A stretch of DNA of 55,411 nucleotides, filler included, from Sphacelaria rigidula (lineage: Eukaryota): the NCBI GenBank assembly GCA_964200075.2. It is 4 parts of 4 records of this genome, joined end to end, with 100 filler letters (N's around TTAATTAATTAA, not from the genome) between each part and the next. Parts side by side here need not be neighbours in the genome. Positions count along the whole stretch, not along the records: positions 27,759 to 41,535 come from CAXNAA020002674.1; positions 41,636 to 55,411 come from CAXNAA020002675.1; 2 more parts are not named here. The stretch is one strand, 5' to 3'. Shown piece after piece: positions 39,201 through 52,700 of this stretch. Below the pieces are notes generated by a model. The model saw only the letters and a list, made by a program, of their open reading frames with translations, was not told the origin of the DNA and did no database searches. The position numbers and the translations under genes are program-made. Every line of letters begins with the position of its first letter. Position 1 is the first letter of the stretch.

Positions 39201-41535
39201 CGATGGTAGCGGGTGACCCCCCTTATAGCCTGTGCTGGGAGGAATGACAAGACCTGTGTGTTGCGTTGGTGCGTTTCGTACGCCCTACGCTGATCCAGCG
39301 TTGTCGCCGTCGGAAGGCCTGGTGTAGCGTTATCTCGTCGTAGCAAAGTATACCGCCCTGCACATCAACAGATAGCGAGGCTCGATATTGCCCACGGATC
39401 ATCGCGAGTGCCCTTGAGCACCCGTCTAGATTGGGAGCTTCCGTGAGGCCGGTAGCCATTCTATTCGAGGCTCACTGACCTGTGCATTTGTAAGGTGTGG
39501 TGTGTGGCCATGGCGCGCTTCCTCGTAGTGCATTTTATGTTTTCTTCAGAGATCACCCTCTAGCTTGGTGCACAATTTCACGTGACCCTTTTTTCTGAAC
39601 CTGTCCTGCACCCCAACTATAGAGTGTCTAATATGGAGCCACGGCGCCGTTCTGAATCACACTGACTACAGTACCACTTCTCAAACTCTTCATTTTAGCA
39701 CCTCGCACCGAATCGTACCGGCTTCGGCTCCTGGACCGTTACTGACGATTCCTTGCACCGAAACGCGCTAGCTCCTACCTTGGTGGATTGCACGAATAAG
39801 AATCTCCGTGTGGCATTTATATCCGTCAAATAGTGTGAACACATTTGATGTACTACGATGACTTCATCAAGGTCTACATGACTTGTTCTCTATGTTATTC
39901 TCCCTCTCAACCTCTGGCAGGTACAACTTCTACAACGTCGCCTTTTCTCGCCTTGTTCGATTGTGACAATACACCGTAGCACTATGCGCCTACCAGAATC
40001 GGATCCCACCATAGCGTTCGGATCCATCACTCGTGTTCTGGGGACAGAAGCCGCAGAACAGAACATGCTGTTGTGTTTATCCCAGCAGGAGTAGCAACAC
40101 AGCAGCAGGCGGTTGCTAGGCCCCCCACCGGTAGCAAAGACGCAGCTATGTTCCTCCGACGCTGACGCGGTAATGAGGCGAGTAGCCGCGAAAGCATAGT
40201 CGTGCCTCCTTCAGTGTAAACGTTATGATATGAGAAATAACAGTTTGCGCTGCAGGCCAGCAATTTACTTGCACGAGAATGCCAGTACTTGACTCACGCA
40301 GCAGCAACTGCCGAGTCGGTAGTTACTCAAACAAAACAGTGTAGCCTTTCCTTCGTCGTTAAATTCAGCGCAGCAGCACAAGTGGAGAGGGAGCTCACAC
40401 AGGTCAGGGTCGGGAGGGAAAACGGTGTTTCTAGCTTCGTGACCCCGTGAGAGGATGGGGTACAGACTCGACTCAGATAGTCGATCAATGGACACGACTG
40501 CGATAGTCGATCAATGGACACAGCTGATCGCCGATCAAGATGAGGTAGAAATGTATGTAAAGCTTTGTTGAAGAGGGAAGGAAGGGGGAGTGACTCCAGT
40601 AGGCACCAAAGTCTCAGGATGCGACGAGCACCACTCACGTACGTCCAGTCACTAACATCACAATATAAAGTCATCCTGCATAGTACCCGGAACTCAAACA
40701 GGTATATCACTATACTGTTGTACCTTACCCTGACTAGGTGTATCTTACTGGACACCGCAGGCCATCCTACGAACACCCCCCCATAGACTGCGTGTGTCAA
40801 AAGTAAGGTTCATGGACCATACTTTGTGAGAACTACCCATCACCGGAAAAAAGAACTCTTCCGCTCACGGCGCATTCAACGCGTGCATTCAACAGGTGTA
40901 TCCTCTCAAGAAATGAATTTCATCAGCAACAGTAAAACAACCGCGAATCCCGAAACTCGTTACTTCTTTCAACGACTATGGGACCAGCCAAGAATCAAAT
41001 ACATCGGTACATTTCTTTTCACATCAAGACAAAAAACAGGGATGCATGAGCTGTGTGCTATACCACACTGTAGCTCCTGATGGTCAACCCAAGCGAAACG
41101 CAAGTCAAATTCTTCAACTGTACTAGCCCATGCCCCTTACAATAGCGTGGGTGGTCGTACGTAGCATTCGAGTAACCTGCACTACGCACGCGAGACCAAG
41201 CTCCTAGGTAACATATATGAACCCAGACAACACAGTGCAGTTGACAACTTTCGAAACTCGGATCACGTGTTGCAAAATTCACTTCACAGTCAGTCAGCTG
41301 CCTACAGTACAAGAATCAAATTTCAAAATTCAAATTCAGCAATCCATACTACAGTAGTTAGTGCCTACGTCATCAAACCAAACCCTACACTCACTACATC
41401 TACTTAACCCCTTATTTCCCCTCGGTGACCGGCGGAGCAAAGCAGCTCAACGCCTCCAGACAAAACACACGATCAGCATCAGCCCCCCCCAATTCTTGCT
41501 AATCAAAGTCTTCCCCCCCCCCGCTTCTAGGCCAC

Positions 41536-41635
41536 NNNNNNNNNNNNNNNNNNNNNNNNNNNNNNNNNNNNNNNNNNNNTTAATTAATTAANNNNNNNNN
41601 NNNNNNNNNNNNNNNNNNNNNNNNNNNNNNNNNNN
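41536..41635. other. Artificial contig linker N44-TTAATTAATTAA-N44
   Basis: Identical to the other linkers. Confidence 0.97.
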
Positions 41636-42220
41636 GACTTCAGGGGGTGGCACTCGGTTTTCCAACTCGACGCGCGACAAGTAGAAATGAACACAGGGTC
41701 CGACTACAGGCGAGACTCAAGGCCCCGAATACCGCCACCCAAAGTAGTAGTAGTAAAGAACCAAGAATCGCAACGTTCCATCTTGCGGCCTCTCGAGGGA
41801 CAGCCATACGTACAAGCATACCAGGTGTATCAAGACGAGAACTGCATGACATAACGACACCCCTCATTGCGGGGGTTCACCCCCCACCCCCCATTTCTCT
41901 GGACCATCGTCATTGCCGTGCTATTTGGGCTTCGTTGGTCTCCCGTCTAATCGCACGCAGTCGGCTGGCCTCCTCTTCATTCCTATGCCATGTGACGGGA
42001 GATCATGAACCTCTCCGCTCCCTGCAGCACTCCCGCGTGCCACGGCAACCCCCCCTCCTTGTTTGCTGCTGAGGTACATAGGGCGCGTCAATTCCGAATG
42101 TCTGGCGGTTGTCGTCCGTAGAGCCGTCTGTGGCTCAAAAAGCGTGGAGATCGTCTCTCAGGCACTTTAAGCCAGTTTTGTTCCGGGCACCCTCGTCCTG
42201 GTTGAGGTCCATAACAATAG

Positions 42221-42682
42221 GACCCACATTTATGGCAACGAATCTCGATTTGCACAAATATTATGAGGATTCCAGCCCGTCTTCAGGCGATTTTCTCCCG
42301 TGGATTGATTTTTCGTACTCCAGTCCTTTGGGCAATGTTTTTCGCCTAGCTGTGAGCAAACCAGATCATTTCTCCGATTCTCTGGACGTTGACTTTTGGT
42401 CTACCATCTCCCTGCCCAAATCGGTACACACCCGCATCTCCCCCGATTTGTTTTTTTAATCGGGGGAGATGCGGGAGTGTTCCGATTCGGGCAGAAATGT
42501 GATGTATCGAAAGTCAACGCCCAGAAAATCGGATAACTGAACTGGTTTGCTCACAGTTAGCCGAAAAACATTGCCCAACGGACTGGGGTCCGAAAAAACA
42601 ATCAACTGGAAAAAATCGCCTGAAGACGGGCTGATATCTTCATATTTGTACAAATCGAAATTCGTTGCCATAAAAGTGGGTC
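42221..42682. repeat. Long imperfect palindrome (foldback) with ~225-bp arms and a 9-bp loop
   Basis: 42221-42448 is the diverged reverse complement of 42458-42682. The paired look-alike ORFs 42109..42459(+) and 42456..42686(-) reflect this. Confidence 0.92.
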
Positions 42683-42768
42683 TCAAAAAAAGGCGTTTCC
42701 CGATTTTTGGTCACGCGATCTTCGCACAAATCGAGATTGGTGACTGGCCGAACGGGAACTGGTTTTAG

Positions 42769-43018
42769 TCTCGAGCTGTACCGTATTCGGAACAGTTATT
42801 TATTGAATTCCAGCGTGGACATCCAGTCCATGCACAGTTTCGTGCTATGCTGCACTTTCCTCCACCATACTGTGATATACAGCTGTACGCGCTAATCTCG
42901 AGCTGTACAGTATTCTGAACATTCATTTATTAAAATCCAGTATGCACCTCCATGCACAGTAGCGTTGTGCCATGTTGCACTCTCATCTAACCGTACTGCT
43001 GTGTCGTACAACAGTACG
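42769..43018 (+). repeat. Diverged tandem duplication, 2 x ~127 bp
   Basis: Units start TCTCGAGCTGTAC(C/A)GTATTC(G/T)GAACA at 42769 and 42896, and share TCCATGCACAGT. Confidence 0.85.
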
Positions 43019-43748
43019 AAGGGGTGTACTCATTGTCCTATGTTATGGCACTCGAAAGCCTCCATGCACCCCTGATGTAGAGCAAAAATTAAAGTAATTC
43101 TAACCCCGATGAAGGCACACCGAACATCCTCGGGCAAGGTGAGCAAAGGGGTGCAAAATATTCCCTACGCAGAGTGTGCGCTACGAGACCTCAAATCGGC
43201 GTCCCAGGCGCTGCTTTCGACAGGGACGCGTTGCGCGCACCAGGAGCACGCTTGGAACAGCCCATTAAAGATCCAGATTCCGGTGTTTACATAGAAATCG
43301 AGTTGAACCGACAATCAACCATAGTATCCTCTCATGTGGTAAACTGTACTGCACCGCACGTTCTCACTTGTGAATGGGCCCTACGTGTGGAACGTGCGTA
43401 CGAAATTTCAGCTCAAAACTCCTCAAGGTGGGCCGTTCATTTGGTTAGAGTAATGTGTAACCACCGGCGGTATTTTGAAGGGGTGCGGAATGCGGACTGA
43501 GATGTTCGGATCAACGGACATATTTCTGCCTTCAAGAACAATTCTGAGGAGTATATAACTGATTCAAGCGACTAGCGAGGGTGACCAGCCACCACAGCAA
43601 CAACAGTACACTCCGCGGTCTCTGAACCACTGTCCAACCCACCCCTGACCGAGTCTCGACCGCAGTGCGCACGCATCTAGCTTCAACGTATATCACCCGG
43701 GAAACGCGTGGGTCGTGGCGCTTGATCTACGATAGGCGCTCGTCAGTG

Positions 43749-46700
43749 ATGGGGCGTTTTTTTTGGATAGCTGTTGTGGCCTTGGCATACCAAGAAGCAG
43801 AGGCCCAAAAGCACGAGCCGGACCTCTCGTCTCGTGAGCAGGCCAACCGCGCGCGGGACTTGCGAGAGCCGTGAGTAAACCGCAACTTTACCTACGATCG
43901 ATTGTTCCTTGATTGTCCCTATGACACTGCCGAAATACTCTGTACATACAACAGTGTTGCAGTCATTGCAGGAGAGAAACGAGGCAGTTTTGACGCTGTC
44001 GCCCGCGTCGGCCAGCGGTGACATTTGTTTTCGCCATCACATATTTGAAATCTTCGATTTGACATGGGTGGGGTGCTGTGAGAGTGTTCCCAGTTGGTGG
44101 TATGAGAGGACGCCGTGCGCATGCTTGCTCGGCTTGACTCCTCAGCGCCACATACCTAGGCAGCCATGTGATTCATTCATATACAGAGTCAGGTCGTTGT
44201 TATTTTATTTGCCGGGGTGCTGTATGTAGGAGTGCCACGGACAAATATTCACCTGGAAATCAATCAAAGCGATGTGTACTCTGGATCTATTTTATTTTAT
44301 TTTGGTTTCTTCTGCTAGCCTGTGACCACGGAAGGCGTCCGCATAAGATGCCNNNNNNNNNNATGCCCAGTACCAATGTACCGCGCAGATATCGGAACGG
44401 CTTTTAATGTGAAGACAACAACAACAACAACAATGATGTGGGATTTCATCAAAGAAAAAGCGAAGTTCTCATGACGTGAAATGTGTGACGGCGTTGTCGC
44501 GAAACGGGCTCCCCAATTTCAGTGTCGACAGTCATCGACCATCATATTTGGATCTTTATCTTTCCAATGCTGGCAGTCCCAAGGGCTGCTCAGCGTGCTC
44601 GGGACACACGCGTTTTAGCCCATGTCGGCTCCTTGCCAAGGCCTGCTTTACCTCAAGCACCCTGTGTATTTGCCCTTGGTCGAAAGTTCCAGGCTGCTTT
44701 TTTCCCGCTCAGGGTTGTACCTGGGGCAAGCCGCCTAGCTTGATAAGAACCAGCTTGGCGAGAGAATCTTGCTCTGCGAATTGTTGATATGTCCAGTGTC
44801 CGTTGCTTCTTCTAACGCCCCTCGAAACCGGTAGGCCTCTATCGTTCATCGTTTCATTTCTGGGTTTATGCATGTTTTCTAAAGCATGATGAAGAGAGCA
44901 CACACCCGCACTGCCGTTGTCGTGTTTCCATGTATTTTTGCACCCTTCACTTGCCGGGTGCGAAATAACAAATCACAGTGGACTCGATAAGGTGGACAAC
45001 GCAGTAGCAGGCCGTGGCCTCAGAGCGGGGCGTATCATAGCCAACACCGATGTTGCAAACCTTGCCGCTGATAGCCCCGAGAATGTTGGGTGTTTCTCGG
45101 ACATGCTGGGAGATCGTGTGCTTTTGGACTTGCTGCGGCGCGACGACATGACCCCAGACGTGTGCCGGACCCACTGCGCAGAGCACCTGTACTACGGCAC
45201 CCAGGTAATTTAGAGCAAAGGCAAACATGTGGGGTAACGTGGATCTTATTTGGCACGACAGCGCGCACTGTGTTGTGCTTGTGTAGCGAAGCTGGGCAGA
45301 CTCACAAATGACACGGATTTGGGGGGGGTGGTATGGTATAACAGTCAGTTCTGCGCATACTGACGAGCGGTGATGTGAAAATTCATTGAAACACAAAATT
45401 CTCGATATTTTTCTACTGCGCTCGTTTAGGGGTACGTGAACGTGAGACTTCCGAGAACATTCGTCCTGTATCCGTAGGCCGTACTATATATCTGCTTTTA
45501 CAGGCAGAGATAAGAGGACCTGCGCCATAGAAGTAGTCTACAGAACAAGTTTGAGCAGACCCGCCGAGCTAACGAACACATTTGTGAATTCACACAAGCT
45601 CAAGAGAGACGGCGCATCATTGCGCGCGCGCGGCACACGGCACGACACCCACACACAGCAACACAACACAGGAGTCGAGGGGGATTTTCCCCTCCTCAAA
45701 ATCTCGTTTTGAACGGGAGTTGCCGCCACAACGACCAGATATGACCCTCATCCAGGACCAGTTGTGTACAGATCGAAGCTCAGATCTGCACAGGTTTACA
45801 TATGCGGCTTATCCAGAACTGGTCGTTAGTCCAAGGTCTCTGTAATGCTACAACAAGCAAGACGCAACAAGGTAACACGACACCTACACACTCAGCCCCG
45901 AACAGACATGCAGACACCCACCACTCACGCGCATCAGTTCCAGCGCTAGCCCTTGCTGACCTACACATGGCAATCTTCTTTTGACGGAAATCCGTTCTGG
46001 ATTATGGACGAATGGCGGCCGCGTGCGTTCTACAGGCTGGTTCACGAATATCACCCAAAAAACACTCATCGGCGAAACCTCACGCCGTTTTAAGGAGTTG
46101 GACCCTGAAAATTTGCACGAATGTTCTATGGGTCATTACTCACCTGTGGGGAAACGTTTTTCGGGGGTCCCACTTTCTTGGGGGAAACCCCGACCCAATC
46201 GGACTCCCGCAAAACGGGAAAAAAAAATTAAAAAAAAACGTTCCTCAAAAGTTGCATCATGCCCCAATCCCAAAGCACAGTACTGTAGTTGCGCAAAATT
46301 TCAGAGTCGAACTCCTGAAAACGGCGTGAGGTTTTTTGGCCTTTGTGCGATGAAGTTCGCCGTACCGCGGTGAAACCGCAAACTACTTGATTTTAGCAAC
46401 AAAAGGGCGTTTTTGGGCCTTCTCTGACGTGAACATGAACATTCAAGCATTAGTTGATCGAGTTTTGCGTCGAGAATATGTGGAGCCCATCCTTGGGTTA
46501 TTATGCGGAGGTAGATCGTTCGCGAAAAAATGAAAAAAATATCGTAGCGCCGTGTTTTTAGGGTCCCGAAATGGAGGCTATTTCGAGGAACGACTTCGAT
46601 CCCGTCGGACCCCCGAAAAACGATGAAAAACTCAAGAAGTACAAAATACGTCGTCCGTAGACATATATGTAATGATACATGGTGTATATTTGTGAAGTTT

Positions 46701-49700
46701 CGGGATCTAACTCCTAATGACAGCGTGAAAGTTTGCGCGTTCGTGGAGGACGTGGGCTTGAATGTGCAACTCCTAACTACTTGGTTTTAGTATGGAAACG
46801 TCTTTTGGGGTGAATTTGACGTCAAGGCAAGAAAAACTGAATGAGGTTTTCGAGTTTCTCCACCAAACTTTGTACATGTGTTCCTGGACTCTCCCGGGAC
46901 GCATCATTTCATTATTTTACTTTTAGGGCATTCTGTACCGGCTTCCGGGAGTCTTCATGCTGGGACCCCAAGAAGCCGGTAGAGAACGGAGCAAACATGA
47001 TATATTGTCAAAAACACAATTTTTTCATTTGGAGCATCAACACCTACGGAACTGCCGAGTTTGAGGGCGCTCTGAACTTTTCAACAACAGATATACGGGA
47101 GACCGTCACGAGGCTGCCTGGGTCTTTCGTGCGTATCATTAGTGGAAATTAGACGACGTCAACACCCGACATCACCGAAACATTACGGTTTCGGGTATAA
47201 TTCGACCCCCGTAGTAACCGTTTTAAAAATATGATTTTCTCGTTAGATTCCTGTGTCGATGACAATTACTATGATTTGAAGCATGTAGAGATTGGGTGAA
47301 AATTGGGCTTGTTATTCGTAGTTTATATTTCGGAACAGTTTAAAGGGCGCTGATTGGCTGAGATACATTTTCGTCCATAGTGCCACCGTTACAGCCTTCA
47401 AAAATATCCGGGTATGTCACCCTCTTCGTATGTTCATTGTGGTCAGTATGATACCACATTTGCGACTACTGGGTGCGTATTGCGGAAAGCAGTTGCCGAT
47501 GGCACAATTTTGGGTGATCACTGTGAACCAGCCTGTAAAAAAAACTAAAATGTCCAAGGGCAGGTCGGGTACGGAATAAATAACTATTACTCGTCATTTG
47601 GCAAGGCCATACTCTTGGTAAACCCAAACATTTAGGTACGAGGTGGGCCGCTCTAGACTCGAATTTGTGGTTTGAACGCCCCGCCTCACCTCAGTTTTGA
47701 GGTCGGACTTTCAAAGTCAGTGCGGAGAATGAAAAGGGCATAATGAGAATCATGAAAATAATCACGGCGGGAACTACCTTTTTTTCTTGTGTTTGACGGC
47801 AATAATCAGTACCCAGGGAAATACATAAACTCACGAAAAAAAACTGTCCTGGTGTAAGTACTTTTGAAAAGACTGGTTCACGCAAAATATATATATATAT
47901 ATATCATCAGCAAAGACCTTCCGTAATACGCACCCAAAAGTCGCATGCATGGTATCATACTGACCCTAATGAACAGACGAAGAAAGTCGCATAGCCGGAT
48001 TTTTATTCAAGACTTGAGCGGAGGCGCTATGGACAAAAATGTATCTCGACCAATCAGCGCCTTTCAAACTGTTGTGAAATTGAAAACACGGATTCCAAGC
48101 TCAATTTCTACCGAATCTCCGCGTATTTCAAATCGCGGTAAGCGTCATCAACTCGGGAATCCAAAGGGAGAAACAGATTTGAAATGGTTCCAACGGGATC
48201 GTATTATGCCCGAAAGCTCAATGCTTCGGTGATGGAGAGTTTTGGGGTCTGATTTCCACACATCAGGGCGGTAGAATCGATCTGAGCGAAATTTTCTCAT
48301 TTTGATGCAGTTGGGTGCAGATGGATTTTCAAGCTTTCGATCCAAAAAAGACTGAAAATCGTGAAACGGCACATGGTCACTCGTGTACAGTACAGACACT
48401 CTGTACTGTCTGGACTGCTTGCAAGGAGGGTGTCTTGAGTGCGTGTGTGCGTGTTTCGTGCAGGAGGATAGGAAGGAGAAACGGGCAACTTGCAGTGCAG
48501 ACCGCCCAGGTCTACCAGTTCTATCTGCTTACAATGCGACGTGAAAAGGACTCCAGCAACGTGCATCTTTGCACTGCCTTCACTGTCCATGATCGTGCAC
48601 ACAACTCGGTTGCCCACGGTACCACGCAGTTCCGTCGCTGATGCTACCATGAGAGAAGATGTGCAAGTTTTCGCGAACAGAAGAAAAACAAAGCACACCC
48701 CACTACTGTAGTGGATCTATCCCTGTGCTCAACTCGTGCTCTATGCCGCAGGGTTGCGGTGGTGGCTGAGAATGAGTTGGATGGAGTTTGCATGGTTCTG
48801 TCAACAGGTGGTATCTGGTGTGGTCTGTAAGATGAGAGTCAAGTGCCGCTTCGTGCCTTTCGACCGCATGTTTTCGATCGGAAACGATTTTCTTTTCCCT
48901 CCTTGCATTCTTCTCCGCGCGCCGCTAATTATTATTTTGAGGGTCTGACTAGATCCAAGATTCCCCGAAAAACGTTTGAAATAGTATAAAAGTAGAGAAA
49001 GCTCGACCTTCGGAAATTGCGTAATGACCCATAACACTTTCGTGCAAAATTGCAGGGTCTAACTCCTATAAACGGCGTGAAGCTTTGCCAATGCGAGTTT
49101 TTTGGGTCTTTTCCGTAAACCAGGCTGTATGCCCTATTCATTCTCCATACCAAATTTGAAAGTCGAACTCTCAAAATTGACGTGAGGCGGAGCGATTCAC
49201 AAAGCGGGCCCGACGAAATTCGGCGCAGGAATTTCTAGGCCATTTACTGGTCCAGTTTCGGTGCTTTGTGTTTTGAAATTTTGTGTGGGACCTCGCTAGG
49301 CCATAGTGAACCAAGAGAGTGAGGGTGATTTTTTTTTTCACTTGTTTACGAAGTTTTAGTAGAGACCATATTTCATGAGAACACCCATGCCTCTTCATAA
49401 AAAATAATGTCGAGGCCCATTTTGTTTTAGCATGCCTGTACAATCATTTCATCATGCCAAGTTTCATATCCCAAATATAAAAATTGAGCTGGAAAACTGA
49501 GGTAAGGTCCGAATACATTTGTCCATTTTTCCTTGAAATTTTCCTGAAGAAGGCGAGGAAAACAAGGAACGAAAAAACTGAAAAGAAAATGTCTTCATTT
49601 TATGATAAACAGGCGATTCTCCGTACGAAATTTCAAAAGACGACTCTTGAAAATTGTATTTACGTACGAGATATCCAGATGTAGTGCATTTAATGCCTCT

Positions 49701-52700
49701 GCCGGTGTTGTATTGATTTCAGTTTGGAACCTTATGGGCGCCACATCGCGAGATAGACTACGAATGAGGCGAACGTGAAAGTTTTCATCGTTTTCCCGTG
49801 CTCCAGGGAATGCCCGCACCAAAAATCGTCATCATCCGCTGTGTAAATCGTTCGGAGTTCATGTAAGCTCAAATATAGATGCCATCCGCGCACGGCATAG
49901 GAATTAGAAGACATGAGGCATGACCAACAAGACAAAAAGTTACTTTAACCGACACCTTGCCCTTGATCAGACGATTGAAATGACATGCGGATCACTGCCC
50001 AACGCGTCTATGTCGATGAGATATGGCTGTAAGAGTTCAGCCCTTAGACAGCGACCCCCCTCCAGGTAGACAGAGTTGGACTTTGCCACATTCGGGGTTT
50101 CCAAACTGCTTTTTTCTCGCTACACCAAACGCCTTTTTCATGAATATGTGAATATTTGCCATCTGTATAGGAAATAATTCCAGAGAGCCCCTGGTCAGTT
50201 TTGACCCTGCAGTCAATTTCGCGCAGAGTGGGTATGCATGTGTGCTGTATGTCTTCACTGGATACAACGCCAAGAGACAGTCAAAGTGTGCCATCGCCCT
50301 TCACTGAACACAATTTTCTGCATGCTGCTCATGCCTCTGCCTGGTGCTCAACAACAACACCACACACAACGTGAAGCTGTGTAATATATGGTTGATTTCC
50401 CATGGCCAAAATGAGTTGTTCGATCTAGTCCAATGCAGTCCACCCAAACCTGAAGAACGTGCTCATGTTGACGACCGTGATTAGTCACAATGAGCTTCTA
50501 CCCGAGTACCTGGTATTCTACCCGAGTATTCACAACTATGCATACCCTATAACCTGCCCTTGGCTTTTTCGAATCGAAAACATGCGTAGGAAAGGTATGA
50601 AGAGGCACTTGACTCCCATCTTGCAGATGACCACGCCAGATACCACCAGTTCACGGAACCATGCAAGCCCCGTACAACTCATCCTCATTTTTCGTCGGCG
50701 AAAACTTGAGCGCTTTTTTTCATGGTGAGGGTCAGCGACGGAAGCGCGTGGTAATCTGGAAGACCGACTTGCGTACGCTCATGGATAAAGTGCATGCGGT
50801 ACAAAACTGCACGTTGTTCAAGTGCTGTTCACGTCGCATTGTAAGCAGAGAAAAAATGACCGCTCGGGAGGAATTACGGGGGTGGCCAAATAGCCGCTAC
50901 TGCAGTATGTCGTTTGGTTTTTGAACTCGTTTGTGCTTCTGTTTTTTTTGTTCTTGCGCGCAGCACGGTAACGAGTGCTGGTGCGGCTCGTCCGATTCGG
51001 TAGGGGAGTATGATCGGCATGGCAAGGGAAGTTGCGACATGGCTTGCGCTGGTGACGCTTCCATCACTTGCGGTGAGCAGCTGGTATTGTAGTCTCTACA
51101 GTAAGTTTTTTTTGCTTGCTGATGAGGGTAATTGTTCGGACTGCCGCCTCTCAATGTTTGCTCTCGAAGGTTACAGTAAGACCTTCGTAGACTAACGACA
51201 AACTTCGGTGATGGATTTGTTGCGATCTTCTCACCATCAATGATCGTCAAGCCTAAACGTTGGCTCGTCATGATGATGATGATGGATGTACGGCGCGATC
51301 ACCGTTGCTGGGAGTGTTGAATGTCTCGCACCGAAAGCATGACGCGCCGACCGGGGTTTCTACACACGTACGCACAGCCGCTTGCAGTGACCTCCTCCCT
51401 TCCCCCCTCCCCCAATGGCCAAACGACGAAGGCAAGCAATAAATGAGTATGCCCTCCTCTCCTATCAGGACTGGCGTCGTTTGGTAACGACACTGCAAAA
51501 CACACCACTCATTGGTAAGCTACTGTAGGCGACCAGGTTACCGTTTTCGTCTTCGCTTGCGTTTCGTTCCGGTAAGTATGATGGTTGTCGAGTAAGATCA
51601 TATCGTGCGGTGTAGGAGAACCTGAACTCCGCGCGAATTAGGATGATCGTACCACGTAGTGTTTGAGTGGTGAGCCACCCATGAGGCAGTGTGTAACCCG
51701 TGGCTGTCTCTGGAAGCAGTTGTAACACAAAATGGAGCAACTCATTCGAGGCTATCCATATGCAACACAAAAATTATACGCTTCGGGCCGAACGACCTTA
51801 GCAGGACACTTCATGCGACTCGCCGATCACATCACGGCACCTTGCGCCCGGTGATTGCGAACGTGGTCCGGCGAAAACCCGGTGTGCTCCGTCCCGGCTT
51901 TGTAGGCATGCGAGGTTAGTGGTCTTATGACCTCGTTATGCAAGATCATGACAACCTCCACGTCCCCCCCCCCCTTTTCCCCCTCTTCTGCGTCCCGTAC
52001 GCACGCACAATGCCAGCGATACAGCATGGCCTAACATTCGCGTAAGGATGCCGTTGCTATCGCTTTCCCTGGCAGTTCGACATATGACTCCCTCCCCCGC
52101 ACGCCCGCACGCCTCCGTCAGGTGGACACTTCTCGTTCGACCTGTTCAAGATGAGCACGGAGGTCGGATTGGCCCGGTCTATGCAGAGCGAAGAGTGCTC
52201 AGGTAGTCCCGTGGAGCCTTACGGAAAGGTACGGAGTACGGAGATGGGGGGGGGTGACTGCACGAAGCACATGTGTACCATGGGTACCTCGTTCAACCCT
52301 GCACACTCATCATTTGCTTATATGTGAATGGAAACGTTGTGAACCTGTACGACAAGAATATGATGTGTCGTCCTTTATTCACCACCGGATGAAACGTCAT
52401 GGCGCGGTATTTATCTGAGGCAATTCGGGTTTTTTCTCGCGGGAATCGTTCTTTCTGCACCAGAACCAACCATCTCAACCCCCAGCCGTCGCCTGTCCGT
52501 CCAGCATCCATGTGGCAATACGGGCCACGGATGGGTCGTGTATTGAAGACTTTCCACGTGTAGTGCCTCCTATTTCCTTTTTTTTGTTTTACGTCGACCA
52601 TTTCTTTCTGTGCTTTGCTTTTGTTGACTTCATTATCATCATTATCATTATTATCGTATATATTTACGTCTTGAGCTACTATATTGTTCTGTTCGACTCT

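Larger units (their letters stand above)
33427..39843 (-). mobile_element. Degenerate Ty1/Copia LTR retrotransposon, antisense in an intron
   Basis: Minus-strand domains in Copia order: candidate gag start (39459), WHDISGH, integrase (VVHTNLGGPF, FVNEASR, CIGGDSAG, WFSAVADAAF), RT (KTRFV..DGAVKKYETRLV, DFTQAY, YLDDVVFSG, RHWRGL) and RNase H (RTRHVDMK..EQCADILTK, ~34010-34170). Diverged direct repeats at ~33427-33926 and ~39481-39843 are the putative LTRs. GGTCAGTGAGCC next to the 5' LTR resembles a Copia PBS. Many frameshifts. Confidence 0.9.

Noticed and set aside
40027..40263. MLSRLLASLPRQRRR..., resembling a mitochondrial presequence
   Set aside because: It is a short ORF with no downstream exon support and points into the Copia element.
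40476..40540. GATAGTCGATCAATGGACAC repeated with ~26-bp period
   Set aside because: Two and a partial units with no unique spacers; an ordinary micro-duplication, not a CRISPR array.
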